Origin: Takakia lepidozioides
Lineage: Eukaryota > Plantae > Bryophyta
NCBI GenBank assembly: GCA_030704615.1
Contig: CM060732.1
Location: 40,052,001-40,116,000, forward strand
Direction of reading: 5' to 3'
Length of the DNA: 64,000 nt
The notes beneath the pieces are model-generated. The model saw nothing but the letters and a program-made list of their open reading frames with translations. It was not told where the DNA came from and ran no database searches. Shown here one piece after another: positions 25,863-38,253 of this stretch (position 1 is its first letter; each line of letters starts with the position of its first letter). The position numbers and the translations under genes are program-made.

Positions 25863-26650
25863 CTAGACTGCAATCACAATGCCCTTCTCACCAGCATGTC
25901 TATCTGGATCTCAAAAACAGAAGACAGGAGCCACCATAACTGCTAGTGTCCTTCAGTGTTGTGAAGGTTTGCTTAGATCCTTTGCTCCCTATAGCTGTGG
26001 CCATTTGTAATTGGCAACATACCAGACTATTGGCATTTGCTCCAACCCCTGGGCTGTCTGTGTTCTGAGACATAAACAAACATGGAGTACTTGTCCTTGG
26101 GCAGAAACAAGGCATAGGATTCTCTTTTCAGAAACCATGGAGCGAGATTTCAAATAAGACACCTGCACCTGCAGATTGAGAGTAACTTCACAAATCGTGG
26201 TGACAAGAAGCCCAGTGTAATCATGTGATATGGCACTTCTGACCACCTAGACTGCAGTCACATTGCCCTTCTCACTTGAGTGTTTATCTGAATCTCACAA
26301 AAAGACAGAAGACTGGAGCCACCATAACTGCTAGCAAGTGTTGCAAAGGCTAAGATTTGCTTAGATCCATTGTTCCCTACAGCCTTAGAAGGGGCTGCGC
26401 AGTCCATTTTTCATTGACAACCTCCAACATACACTGCCAGGTGAACCTTGGTAGGGAAAATCTTCAACATATGGGACCATTGGCACTCCTAGGCTGTTTA
26501 TGTTCTGAAACAACAGAGTAACATGGAGTACTTGTGCTGCAGCAGCAGGCATAGAATGCTCTTTTCAAGTACCATGTAGAGAGGTCTCAAACAAAGACAC
26601 CAGCACCTCTAGATTTGAGATTGAATTCACAAAATATGGTGAGAAGAAAG
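25863..26650. repeat. Diverged tandem duplication (~385-bp unit) downstream of the GIY-YIG gene
   Basis: CTAGACTGCA.TCACA.TGCCCTTCTCAC at 25863 and 26248; GGAGCCACCATAACTGCTAG and ACATGGAGTACTTGT present in both units. Confidence 0.85.
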
Positions 26651-26921
26651 CTCACCATGATCTTGTTAGATAAAAGGGGAATAACTTGATTGTCATTTGA
26701 CAACTCCATTGAGATTTGCAATAATTACACTACATTGGATGTCTCATAATAAACATAATAAGGTGACACTAATCTCTGACAACGAGTATGGGATAAAAAC
26801 AGACACCTAAAGATTCCTTTGGGTGTCACCCTATCAAGATACATGGATGTCCCATGGCCTGAAAAGTTTTGGCTCATCATCACCATCACCATCACTGCAA
26901 TGGCAATTCATCAGTCCTCTC

Positions 26922-29355
26922 TCAGCCATTTCCTGAGTGCCACTCAACTCGTAAATGCTTCCACTCGTCCCCTGAACATTGAGCCTCTTGTAAGGCTGCC
27001 CATCTCCGCAATACCACTGGTGAATCAATCAGTTTCAGGGGTGACACCACAGGTGACTCTCCAGCTACAGCCTTCTCTTTCCCTATTGCTGATTTTGAGA
27101 AAGTCTTCCATCTCCACTCAAATTGGCAAGCTGCACACCGATCAAAGTGAACAGCACGATGGATTTAATGGCTGCTGACTCCAGAAATATGCACCATAAA
27201 GGTATGCTCAAAAAGTTCAGTGATACATCCAGCTGCATCAAGCTTAATCCACTCCCACATGATTTGCCACTTTGTCCCATCATAAATATGCAAGCTATTT
27301 CTGTCTGGAATGCTCTTTGCAAGGGAATTCTGAACTTTATTGGACGTACTCAGGCTGCTCTTTATCCAAGCAAACTAAAGCGAGGTGGGTATGCCAAGGG
27401 TATATATTTTGCTTCAGATTCATTCAAAAAGTCAAAACTTTAATGTGCGAGGTGACAATATGGGTGTACCTTCACTGCGAGTGCCAAACCCATGAACTGT
27501 GCATATCAGAACCCATGGTCTCCCAGCACGGGCAGCTTTTGCACCACCTGCCAGCTCTCCATTATGCTGCCTCAGCCTGCAGTAAGACAAAAAGATTTGG
27601 GCATCAGTAATGAGCATTCTGCACTCTTCAGAGCACCTCAACACAGTTTCAGTGTCCAACATCTCATTGGATACACATGTGACTGCACAGGCAGCCAATA
27701 CACCTGCTCCTCGCCAGAAGAAGCAATGAGCCATCCAGAGCGGCTGTAAATCTCATTCTATGGCCAGTTACTGTGGACCCAGGCAATACAGTTGCTCATA
27801 TCTTACCCTACAGATGCATACATCCTTAGACAAGGAATTGTCAAGGAACTGGTTTCTTAGATGCACAAAAGCCTCAGGAACCAAATTTACCACGGCAAAC
27901 CATCCAGAGCTATGTAAATCTCATTCTATGACCACATACAGGGGGAACCAGTAGTATAGTTGCTCAGATCTTACCCTAGAGATTCATACACCCCTAGAAA
28001 TATAATTGCTGAGAAACTGGATTCTTCCGCTAGAGGTGCATATGCCTCTAGGGACCAATTCAGCGACGCAACAAGCCCCAGTAACAGCTGGTGGATTCTG
28101 CAACGCTACCACTGATAGCGGCCTATGTGGATTTGAACCCAGAACCACCTCCTTAGTGTGGTAACAAGGCTGTGCTATCTGTCAGAAGCAATCCTAGGGG
28201 GATAATTGTCAAGGGAAACCGCAGAAGTGGAACAGGGTATCGCCTTGCAACAACCGATTTAGCCATATTCAACAAAACCATATCAGTTTGTAATGTGAGC
28301 ATGCCTGTTAGCTGAACTAAACAGATGATGCCATAAAAGATTTTAAATCCATGATCCCCATCTAAGAGAAATCATGTAGACACCAGTCACGCACCACTCA
28401 GGCAGTATTGATTGGAGACACCATCAATTTATGTTTTAGTTCTCCTTAGCCAGGTATCATTCCAGACATTACAAATAGCCCCAGAATGCACAGACCTAGA
28501 CTGAGAAAACCAAAATTTGAATAGAACATGGTTCCAGCCTCCCCGTGTCATCAGCCATACTTCATAGTACACAGTGATCAATGAACATTTGCCTGCATAA
28601 CAACAGAACATGACGGTGAGAAGGCACAATTCTTCACTTTGTTGGTAATCCATCGCGTAAGGGAAGAGAGACCCTGCAGTAGCATGGAGATCAAGCAGAT
28701 GGCCATGACTTCCAACCTAGGGTTGAACAAAACACCTGCGGATGACGTTGGATGTGACACCCACATAAGTCCTGCGAGCATCCGCAGAGAGTAAGAGATA
28801 AGCGCACCAATCCTCACCATCCACTTCAACGTCTTCATCTGAATCACTTGCCACAAAGCTGGACACCTTCCTCTTGTATGGGCTGCCGCCAGTCTTGGAC
28901 TTGCTGTCTGCTGAGCTTCTGACCACAGAATCTTGCATTGTGTGGCGGGGAGATAAGGGTGTATGGAGGTGGACGAAGTCATAGTCAGTTTCATCAACAC
29001 CGTAGCGATCAAGCTCATCATACGTTTTGTGTTGCTTGCCTCGTTGTTCATCTGTACCTGCTACAGCCACCGCTTTTGCACTAACGGGGACAGCCTTCTG
29101 AACGATTATACCACCCACCCAGTCCTTGCCGGACTTGCTTGCCAATAACTTATGAGCCATTGGTTGTTTACAAGAGAGAGTGCTCGGTGCTTTGACAGCC
29201 CCCTGGGACACGCCCTTCTGGTAGCCTAAAGTCCTATCCAGTAATCTGCTATCTGGTGGGTACACTCTGCAATCAAATGTGCCTATGCACACCCGCCTCC
29301 CTTGAATACTGAGTGGTTGTTGCATAAGTCTTGGAAACCCCCCTGTCACACTCAT
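26922..29355 (-). CDS. GIY-YIG endonuclease (SLX1-like), ~311 aa; exons 29355-28736, 27576-27470, 27130-26922
   Basis: [46 protein letters not shown]...ACQFEWRWK; splice phases 2 and 1 join in frame; start codon uncertain. Confidence 0.9.
27733..28065. repeat. ~168-bp tandem duplication in intron 1 of the GIY-YIG gene
   Basis: CATCCAGAGC..TGTAAATCTCATTCTATG at 27733 and 27901, colinear downstream. Confidence 0.8.
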
Positions 29356-31384
29356 GGCCCTGTGCCCCTACCCCACCCACTTGCACAGCTCCGTCTCTAA
29401 TCCAACTTACGAACTACAGATCCTGCTTTTGTAAGTTTTGCTGTCATCTGTTCATGCTACGTCAAAATTGAATATGAATGAATAAGGTGAAGAGATATGT
29501 CAGCTTCATTGAATTGTAATTGTCAGGCCAAAAAATGCGAGTGTGCATGCACGTAAGTACCTGCGCACAGCTGGAAACATAGAGAGCAGAACAATCCAAA
29601 CTCTTGAGATTGGGCATTCCTTGTTCTCATGGTTTAAGGCCTAACCTCCTTTACTCGTGGCACCCAAATTCACGAATCCTCTTCCCCCCAACGAAGAAGA
29701 TCGCTGCTTCTGTTGAATTACACATGAAGGTTTCAGAAGAAAAACACGGAGTAAAGATTTGTTCCCCCTTCCCCTTCCTCACTTCGAAATGCTTGCAGAT
29801 GACACCCTCACAAATTTACCCTATCTTGAATGCTCATATGGCGTCCTATGTTGCCTGGCCCCAGCGCCAATCTCCCGTCTTCCTCCCCGCTGACCGTCTG
29901 TGTACGCTAACACAAGTGTTCCACACCTACTGCGCTAATCTCAGCTCATACATCTTTCATTCACTCAGCTGCAATGTGACAGACCTGGGATTCTTCTCTC
30001 TTTTGATGCATCCCTCGCCCAATATCCACTCAGACGTTAGCACGTGTAATATACGACATCAAAGATAGTTAGCGATGTCAAAGTTCACCGTGTCCCGTTC
30101 CCGCAGCCATGAAGAGCGTTTGTGTTGGTTGTATTCAGAAAGCACAAATAGGGCGCCATGAACCCAATTCTCACTGCACTTCGGATGGAAAATGTGTTGG
30201 CAAAAGTACAATGGGAGGGGAAGATTCCTGCCCCAAACTATGCATCTGAACAATCAAATCAACTAAGCATCATCTCAATGATAAATTATCTCCACTTGCT
30301 AATCTGAGTTTTGGGTAGATCTGTACAAAGCTTTAACGAGCCTGTCGAGCTTATGGCTGTCCTCCGAGATGTTACTCTTCTACTTCCTTACTTCCTTCAC
30401 TTTCAAGGCACATTGGTGACAGCGTGCTCCTGTGCTCTCCGGATCTTGCAGGAAGAGGTCATACCCAAGGCCCCGTTTTTCCTCACGGTGATTGGGCGGG
30501 CTTCACATCATGCAGCAGATTAACCGGCCAGGCTGTGGAGCGGAAATGGGTATTCAGCCTGGCAATGTCCTACCCCAGACACTTACCAGCGATGGTCATG
30601 AGGCCTTCACAGCATCCAAGAAATTCGAAGAAAGGTATAGGCTTGTAACACTGAGCGATGTTTTATGATTCTCCAAAGCGATGCAGGCTTTTGTATCTGA
30701 CAGCGGTTTTGGTAGAAGGAGTTCCCTTATTAGTCAGGGCTGTAGAGGAATTTGCTTGTATTGTCTTGTCTTCCTTTCTATCACCTCCTTCAGTATGTTC
30801 TAAAATGTCGGAGACTTATGATTGTTTTTCTTTCCAACGATTGCATGAGGGAGTACTTCATGTTTCGCGGGGAATCCTCACCAGGTCTTGCGCGTATAGC
30901 CCAGGGGTGCGAGCTTGTGAGGCTCGCTCCTGAATGTACAGGGCAGATTAACACTGCTGTAGCCTCTGCAGCACTGCATAACCTCAGTGGCTAATCACAC
31001 TTAGGATAGATAAAGAGCAAAGAGAGATGGACACATTGGGATTCTATATAATCTCGAGAGGGATCAAAAACCCACCCCAGTCACTTGAGGGGTTTGTGTC
31101 CACCAGAGTATGGAATTTCAGCCCAAAAATGAGGTCGCACTCCTATACAGCCAAGGACATATGTTTACAGTGTTTCTGTAAGGGCTGGTATATCCGCAAG
31201 GAATTGCTATGTTAATGCCAGCACTGCTCCTCTAGCTCCATGTGAGCTGTGATTGGACGCCCTGCTTGAGAAAGGGGAATGGGGAATATACGGACGTATA
31301 TGTGGAGAGAGGAGTTTCTACACTAGCACTCCTCAGGCAAGTAGGGCTGCTAATGATTTAGTTCTAGTGATGTTTTAATGCAGG

Positions 31385-32668
31385 CCAAGCAATAATCATC
31401 GGGCAGCTTGGGCTGGAGTTCATGTCAGATCCTCACCAGTGGTAGGCCAACAGGTATGATAAGGTCTCAATTGTTACCCCAATCATTTTTCGTTCCTAGG
31501 ATAGAAAGAGTGTCCATTTCCGACTCGAAATGGTTACAATGTAGACAGGACAACGGTTTTATTTTCTTTGACTGCTGATCTTTGTTCAAAAGTATGGCAT
31601 GTTGTTTGAGCCAGTACTTGTGGAGCTTTGGTGGTTGTGGCATGGTCTACTTGAGACTGCCATTGAACCAGCTGCCCACTTGTGGTTTTCCTAGAGAAGT
31701 CCAAGATTGCCTGACTTCAGAAGTATGTGCACAAAGAAGGTTCTTTGGCTGGAGGACTGGTCAGACCCATGTGGGATGAAAGCAGAGCTGGCTACTCTGT
31801 CACAAGGTCAAGGTGAATGGAACAGTGGATTGTTATCAGAGGATTGCTCTAATTCTGCTGTGAAGATTGGCGCTCCATGGAAGTTTCAAGGGGGGTGTTG
31901 TGAGACTGGTGGGATAGAAGATTATGGTCGAAGGGCAGCATCTAGTCAAACAAGGGCATTAGAGACATGTGAGTACCATTCACAGTCCGCCTGGATTGAA
32001 AAGCAGACTTGGCTGTTGCAAACTCCAGAAATACATTCTGTAATATCTAGTATGTCTGCCTGTTTCTAGTGTGCATCACGCAAAAGAGAGCCCATAACTT
32101 TGTTATCTAAGCTTACCGTAGCACTCCTGCTCACTAGAATTCGAGGCAAGTGGAAACTTGGCAGAGTTCTCATTTTCTTGCAGGTCTTGGAGACAGATCA
32201 GTTCATGAGCATAACACAGTGCTGGCAGGAGCTCTTCTCAGATCCTTCACAGTGGTGGGACAACAGGTCTGAAAAGGTGAGGCTATCATGTTGTAAAGTT
32301 TATGGAGGACACTTCTGACTGAAGCTGCACGATGATGTTTTGTTACTCCAGTACATTCTTGACAAGTTAGCTGTCAAGAAAAAGCCACAAAAGTGAATGT
32401 TACTGTATATGTTCTTTCCTTGTTATCAGGGCATGAGATTAGGTTGTTTAAGGGTTTTTCCTGAAAGATGGTTGGGGATGTCACAGAAAAGTCCAAGATC
32501 ACCAGACTTCAAACATAAGTGCGCAAAGGAGTCCCTTTGGGTTGAGAGCTGGTCCAACCCTCCTTGGGTCAAAGCAGAGCTTGCTACCGTGGTAGAAAGT
32601 CAAGCAGAGTCTAGGGATGGTTTTAATGTGGGTGCCCACCATGGCGCACCAGGTGCAGAATACAACGG
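31385..32668 (+). CDS. Upstream exons encoding two OSB-type PDF motifs (first decayed, second intact), probable 5' part of the PPR gene
   Basis: Exons 32184-32276 (WQELFSDPSQWWDNRSEK) and 32487-32668 (KSPRSPDFKHKCAKESLWVESWSNPPWVKAEL); decayed copy ~31385-31463 (FMSDPHQW*ANRYDK) and 31695-31968 (RSPRLPDFRSMCTKKVLWLEDW). Confidence 0.7.
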
Positions 32669-32862
32669 GTATTGTTTTGATGACTATTCAATCGAACTGA
32701 AAGTTATAGAATTTTGTAGAGTTTTTTCTCGAAGTACATACCTGCAGCTGTACTGCAGTTAACATGTAGCAAGAAGTCTGTCCTCCTGAAGATGTCTTCT
32801 TTCAGGTATCCTGGAACTCTGATTTTTATGATGCATGTAACGAAGAGTTTTGAGTATGCAGG

Positions 32863-35094
32863 ATGAATCAGGCACCATTGTTGGTTGGACATGAGACTGC
32901 CAACAGGGGTAGCACGTCAACCATCTCCACTGCTTTTGAAAGAAGACCAGGAGGGGGAGTCCACAAGACTTCGTCTGGCACATGTGAGTATGTGAGGACA
33001 CTATGTAAAGCTGGACGGCTGAGAGAGGCATTGCACACTCTGAAACAACAAGAGGATCAGGTCGACTCGGCTACATATGTGTGTCTCTTGCAGGAGTGTA
33101 TTAATATGAAAGATCTAGAAGAGGGAAAGAATGTGCATGCCCACATTATTGAAAGTGGTTTCAAACCGAACATCTTTCTTCTCAACACCCTTGTCCATAT
33201 GTATGGCAAGTGCGGGAGCTTGCTGGATGCGCGCCGAGTGTTTGACAAAATGCTTGAACGGACTTTGATTACATGGAATATAATGATAGCGGCATATGTC
33301 AAGTGTGGCTGTGGTAGGGAGGCTTTGAAGATGTATAAACAAATGCAGGTAGGGGTGACACCCGACAGGGTGACGTTCATTTGCATTCTGAATGCATGTG
33401 CCAGTCTACAAGCACTGGAAAGGGGCAAAGAGGTTCATGCAGATATCATCAAATCTGGAATCGCACCATATATGAATTTGGAGAACACCCTAATAGACAT
33501 GTATGCCAAATGTGGAAGTATGAAGGATGCACATCAACTGTTTGATAATATGGCTGAACATGACATAGTCTCATGGAATATCATCATAGCAGGATATGCT
33601 CAGCACGGGTTTGGTAGGGAGGCTTTGAAGATCTTCGACCAAATGCAAGGGGAAGGGGTGATGCCCAACAGGATCACATTCATTTGTCTTCTCAATTCTT
33701 GTGCGAATGTAAGAGCCCTGGAAAAGGGCAATGGTATCCATGCTGAGATCATCAAAGCCGGACTTGCACCAGATATCATTCTGGAGACTGCCCTTGCTGA
33801 CATGTATGCTAAATGTGGCAGTATGAAGGATGCGCAGCATGTGTTTGACAGTATGGCAACACGAAATGTGGTCTCCTGGAATGCTATGATTGCAGGCTAT
33901 GCTCAGCATGGGCGTGGTAGGGAGGCTTTGGAGATGTATGACCAAATGCAACAGGAAGGGATGCCACCTGACAAAATCACATTCATCTGTGTTGTCAATG
34001 CATGTGCCAGACTAGGAGCCCTGGGAAAGGGCAAAGAAGTCCACTCTGATATCATCAAAGCTGAAATTGCACCATATATTAATTTGGAGAATACACTTGT
34101 TGACATGTATGCCAATTGCGGAAGCATGAAGGCTGCTCGACAGGTATTTAACAATATGCCTAAACGAGATGCAATCTCGTGGAATGCAGTAATTGCAGGA
34201 TATGCCCAGCATGGGTATGGTATAGAGGCCCTCAAACTATTTGAGCAAATGCAGCAGGAAGGCTTGAAGCCTGACAGTATCACTCTTACACACCTTCTCT
34301 CTGCGTGTAGCCATGTGGGCCTAGTGGATGAAGGTTATCATTATTTTGATTCTATGACACCTGATTATGGCCTTTCTCCTACAATGGAACATTTTGGCTG
34401 CATGGTGGACCTTCTTGGCCGTCAAGGGCAATTAGATGAGGCAGAGGATTTCATTAGGAAAATGCCAGTTGAGCCAGATGCTGGGGTGTGGGGGGCCTTG
34501 CTTGGTGCCTGCAGGATTCATGGCAATTTGGAGCTAGCCGAACTTGCAACAAAATGCCTTCTCAAGAGTGACCCACAACATCCTGCAACTTATGTGCTGC
34601 TATCAAACATCTACGCTGCCGCTGGCAGGTGGGAGGATAAACTAAAGATGAGAAAAATAATGGAGGTCAGACATGTCATAAAGGAACCGGGGTACAGCTG
34701 CATTGAGGTGGACAATCAAGTTCATACATTCGTTGTAGATGACAAATTGCATCCGCAAATTTATGAAATCCATGCTGAGCTTAAGACATTGGCTGGGCGG
34801 ATGAAGGAAGCTGGGTATGTGGCTGACACACGCTTTGTATTGCATGATTTGGAGGAGGAGCAAAAGGAGCATTCCCTTTGCCACCACAGCGAGAAACTGG
34901 CCATTGCTTTTGGGCTCATCAGCACCCAGCCTGGGATGCCTATCCGTGTGATTAAGAACCTTCGGGTGTGTGGTGATTGCCACACCGCGACCAAGTATAT
35001 CTCAAAGATTGTTAAGCGAGCGATTGTTTTACGGGATGCTAAACGCTTTCACAACTTCCAAGATGGAGTATGTTCCTGTGGGGATTACTGGTGA
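32863..35094 (+). CDS. PLS-class PPR protein with E1/E2 and DYW cytidine-deaminase domain (organellar C-to-U editing factor); 743 aa in this exon
   Basis: Regular L-S-P triplets, P2-L2-S2, E1/E2, PG box PGYSCIE, HSEKLA, CGDCH, terminal DYW. Confidence 0.97.
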   Translation: MNQAPLLVGHETANRGSTSTISTAFERRPGGGVHKTSSGTCEYVRTLCKAGRLREALHTLKQQEDQVDSATYVCLLQECINMKDLEEGKNVHAHIIESGFKPNIFLLNTLVHMYGKCGSLLDARRVFDKMLERTLITWNIMIAAYVKCGCGREALKMYKQMQVGVTPDRVTFICILNACASLQALERGKEVHADIIKSGIAPYMNLENTLIDMYAKCGSMKDAHQLFDNMAEHDIVSWNIIIAGYAQHGFGREALKIFDQMQGEGVMPNRITFICLLNSCANVRALEKGNGIHAEIIKAGLAPDIILETALADMYAKCGSMKDAQHVFDSMATRNVVSWNAMIAGYAQHGRGREALEMYDQMQQEGMPPDKITFICVVNACARLGALGKGKEVHSDIIKAEIAPYINLENTLVDMYANCGSMKAARQVFNNMPKRDAISWNAVIAGYAQHGYGIEALKLFEQMQQEGLKPDSITLTHLLSACSHVGLVDEGYHYFDSMTPDYGLSPTMEHFGCMVDLLGRQGQLDEAEDFIRKMPVEPDAGVWGALLGACRIHGNLELAELATKCLLKSDPQHPATYVLLSNIYAAAGRWEDKLKMRKIMEVRHVIKEPGYSCIEVDNQVHTFVVDDKLHPQIYEIHAELKTLAGRMKEAGYVADTRFVLHDLEEEQKEHSLCHHSEKLAIAFGLISTQPGMPIRVIKNLRVCGDCHTATKYISKIVKRAIVLRDAKRFHNFQDGVCSCGDYW

Positions 35095-36330
35095 AACAAG
35101 TAATCTGTGTACATGCTTTAAAGGTAAGGATGGAAAGGTGTTAGTGATTGGCTTAGCACGTATGCATTTTTTTTCCCCTTAAGTCTTCCCAGACCAAAAA
35201 TATGATTGAAGATTTAAAAAACAACAGCTGGCATGGAATTGAGATTATATCCATGTAATGAGTGGAAAGCTCAGCTGTCAAGTAATTATGTGAATCTGGT
35301 TGTTCATGCTTGGTGCCAGGGTCAGTTTCTGTGAGCTGCCAATGGTGAAAGTCACCATCCAAGTATGAATGAGGAACCACAGCACGAGAGTGGTGCATCA
35401 CTGATGTTGAATAGTTTTGCAGCAGACAAGGGGATCCCCAAAAGAGTGAGGAAGGCTGGTAGTGTGTTGTATGTATGTTGGATTACATGTATTGCTTAGA
35501 CTTACACAAGAACCTCCAATTGGTGCTCTTAACCCTTAAATATAGCAAATTTGGGCACGGGCCCCTGAAAAATCTATCAAGCAAAATGCAGATAGGTGTT
35601 TCTCCATGTGGGTTTGGCCACTGGACTTCCCCCACATCGGCCCACTAGACTCAAAGCAGAAAGGAAAGAACTAAATATTGATGATGAATAGAACCCATCA
35701 GCCCAGGGCGTGGCAAAAGCCATAAGCTCCATAGCCAGCCAACCAAGAGAAACCGGTATATCTGCTTTCTTAACCAGTAGATGCTGTACAATATACTAGA
35801 TGCTATTTCCAAGGGGAATGCCAAGAACTCTAATTACGACAAATGTGGTATCTCCTAGGCAAACCTGAAGGTGGCCTTCATCTCAATTGTGTCCATAAAT
35901 CAAGAGATACAATTATACAAGTAGCACGCTTTATCTCTGTGGGTAGGTACCATTGTTGGACTGGTATATAGGGTCTGGCAGGGTATCAACCAGGGTATTG
36001 AATAACCGACCCGGCTGGTATTGGCTTTTGTAATACTATGATTAATAACCGACTACTATGGTTGATAACCGGACCGGCTGGTATTGCCAAGGCAATACCC
36101 GGGTGCATACCCGTATTATAGGCAAAAACATGGACCATACCATGGTATGAATAGAAAATTGGCTGGGTGCAGGGTTAGGGTAAGAGAGGGTATGTCAGGG
36201 CGGTCCCAATATGGATGTGGCTTGATTTTATTGCAAAGCGTGTGAGCTGACAGGTACGGCGTGCGAGGTACAGCCGGAACCCCCGCTCCGGCAGCCTTGT
36301 CGGCGAGCTGGACGCCCCATGTCAAATCAT

Positions 36331-38020
36331 TGATCCCCTCCTCCACACGTGGGCCACGTCGCGGTCCCCTCGTCGTCGATCTCCCCCCTCGCTCGCCGCG
36401 CCGTCCATCCCCCTCGACCACGTGCCGGCACCCCCAATGTCGATCCGTTCCCGATCCCCTGCTCCCCCCAGGGACTCATCCCCCTTGGCCCAGAGGAAAT
36501 CTTTGATGCCATTGGGCATGCGAAGGTGTTTAGCACATTGGACTTGCGATCCGGTTACCATCTCTAGCCACGTGGCGCTCCCCTAGACCGTCAATCCCCT
36601 CCCCATCCATCCAACCTCAATTAAGTGGATGATGTGGGTCATCTGGCCCGCGCAGGGGATCATGGATGACGGCCGGATAAAGGCCCCATGACGCATCCAT
36701 CGCCACGTGGCGCTCCCCCCGCCGTCGATCCCCTCCTCCCACCCACGGCGCGATCCCCTGAGACGTCGCCGCTCCCCCGACCTGGCTTGATCCCCCCTCT
36801 AGACCGGCAGTGATCCCCCACCCCTAATCGCCCGCCACGTGTTGCTCCCCCGAACCGTTGATCCCCTGCGCATCCATCCAACCTCACAAACAATGGATGA
36901 TGTGGGTCATCGGCCCCTCATCCCCCCGCCATCCTCCCGTGCAAGGGATGGATGACGGACGGAGTTTTATGTCTTCCCATCGACAGCCCGATCCCCCGAG
37001 ATGTCGCCGCTTCCCCGACATGCCTTCATCCCCCTTCCAGAATGAGAGTGATCCCCCAACCCTAATCGCGCGCCACGTGCTGCTCCCCCAAGCCGTCGAT
37101 CCCCTGCGCATCCATCCAACTTCACAAACAATGGATGTTGTGTGTCATCCGCCCCTCATCCCCCCGCCATCCTCCCACGCAGGGGATGGACGACGGCCGG
37201 ATGAAGGGCCGATGACACTGACAGGCCACGTGCCGCTCCTCGACGGCCCGATCCCCCGAGACATTGCCGGTTTCCCCCCCCCCCCCCCCCCCCTCGGTTG
37301 ATCCCCCGTCCAATGCGGTGACTGATCCCCCTCCACCCAACGGGCGGCACGTGGCGCTCCCCCCGCCGCCGATCCCCTCGTCCCATCCACGGCGCGATCC
37401 CCCGAGACGTCGCCGCTCCCCCCGACCTGTCGTGATCCCCCCTCCGGACCGGGAGTGATCCCCCACCCTAAATCGTCCGCCACGTGCTGCTCCCCTGAAC
37501 CGTCGATCCCCTGCGCATCCATCCAACCTCAAAACAATGGCTGTTATGGGTCATCCGCCCCTCATCCCCCCGCCATCCTCCCACGCAGGGGATGGACGAC
37601 GGCCGGATGAAGGCCCCATGACACTGACAGGCCACGTGCCGCTCCCCCCGCCATTGATCCCCTCTTCCCATCGACGGCCCGATCCCCCGAGACGTTGCCG
37701 CCCCCCCCCCCCCCTCGGTTGATCCCCCGTCCAAACCGGGAATTGATCCCCTCTTGTCTTGTACCACCACGTGGCGGTCTCCATAGCCATCGATCCCCTC
37801 GTCCCATCCACGGCGCGATCCCCGAGCCGTCGCTCCCCCCCCCCCCGCCACCGCCATGCCATGTGTCTCCCCACCCTCGACCCCCCCCCCCCCCCCTCCC
37901 GCGATCAACGGCGGAACAGGGGATCGTCCCCTCTCCGTTGATCCCCCACACCATTTGGCGTGATCCCCCATCCTTCCGCTCCCTCCCCCCCCTATGTCCG
38001 CGATCCCCCTTCCACGTGTC
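36331..38020. repeat. Left subterminal array of the MULE (GATCCCC and CCACGTGG motifs, poly-C tracts)
   Basis: Repeated units, e.g. CATCCATCCAACCTCA at 36604, 36871, 37109, 37516; inverted homology to 47200-48480. Confidence 0.9.
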
Positions 38021-38253
38021 AAGTGTCAGGGCTGTTTGCACGTGGCTATCATTCTGTTCATCTGTGTCGTCCTCCCCCATCCAACGGCCATGCACGTCCC
38101 CCGCCATTTTGGTCTGCGAGATGAACGGAGTGGATGTATTGAAATTTAGGGTTTCCGGCTGCTCGCAGATTTGATCCTCTTTGCGCGCGTGTATGCTGCA
38201 CTTGCACGTGTAGTTTGCTGTTGTGTACTGTTCCTGCAGGGGTGCCAGGCATC

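Noticed and set aside
33057-34994. Minus-strand ORFs overlapping the PPR gene
   Set aside because: Antisense shadows of the repetitive PPR coding sequence
36116-38174. Many overlapping Gly/Arg/Pro-rich ORFs (also 44036-44701 and 47119-48719)
   Set aside because: Artefacts of GC-rich subterminal arrays and minisatellites; no domain signal
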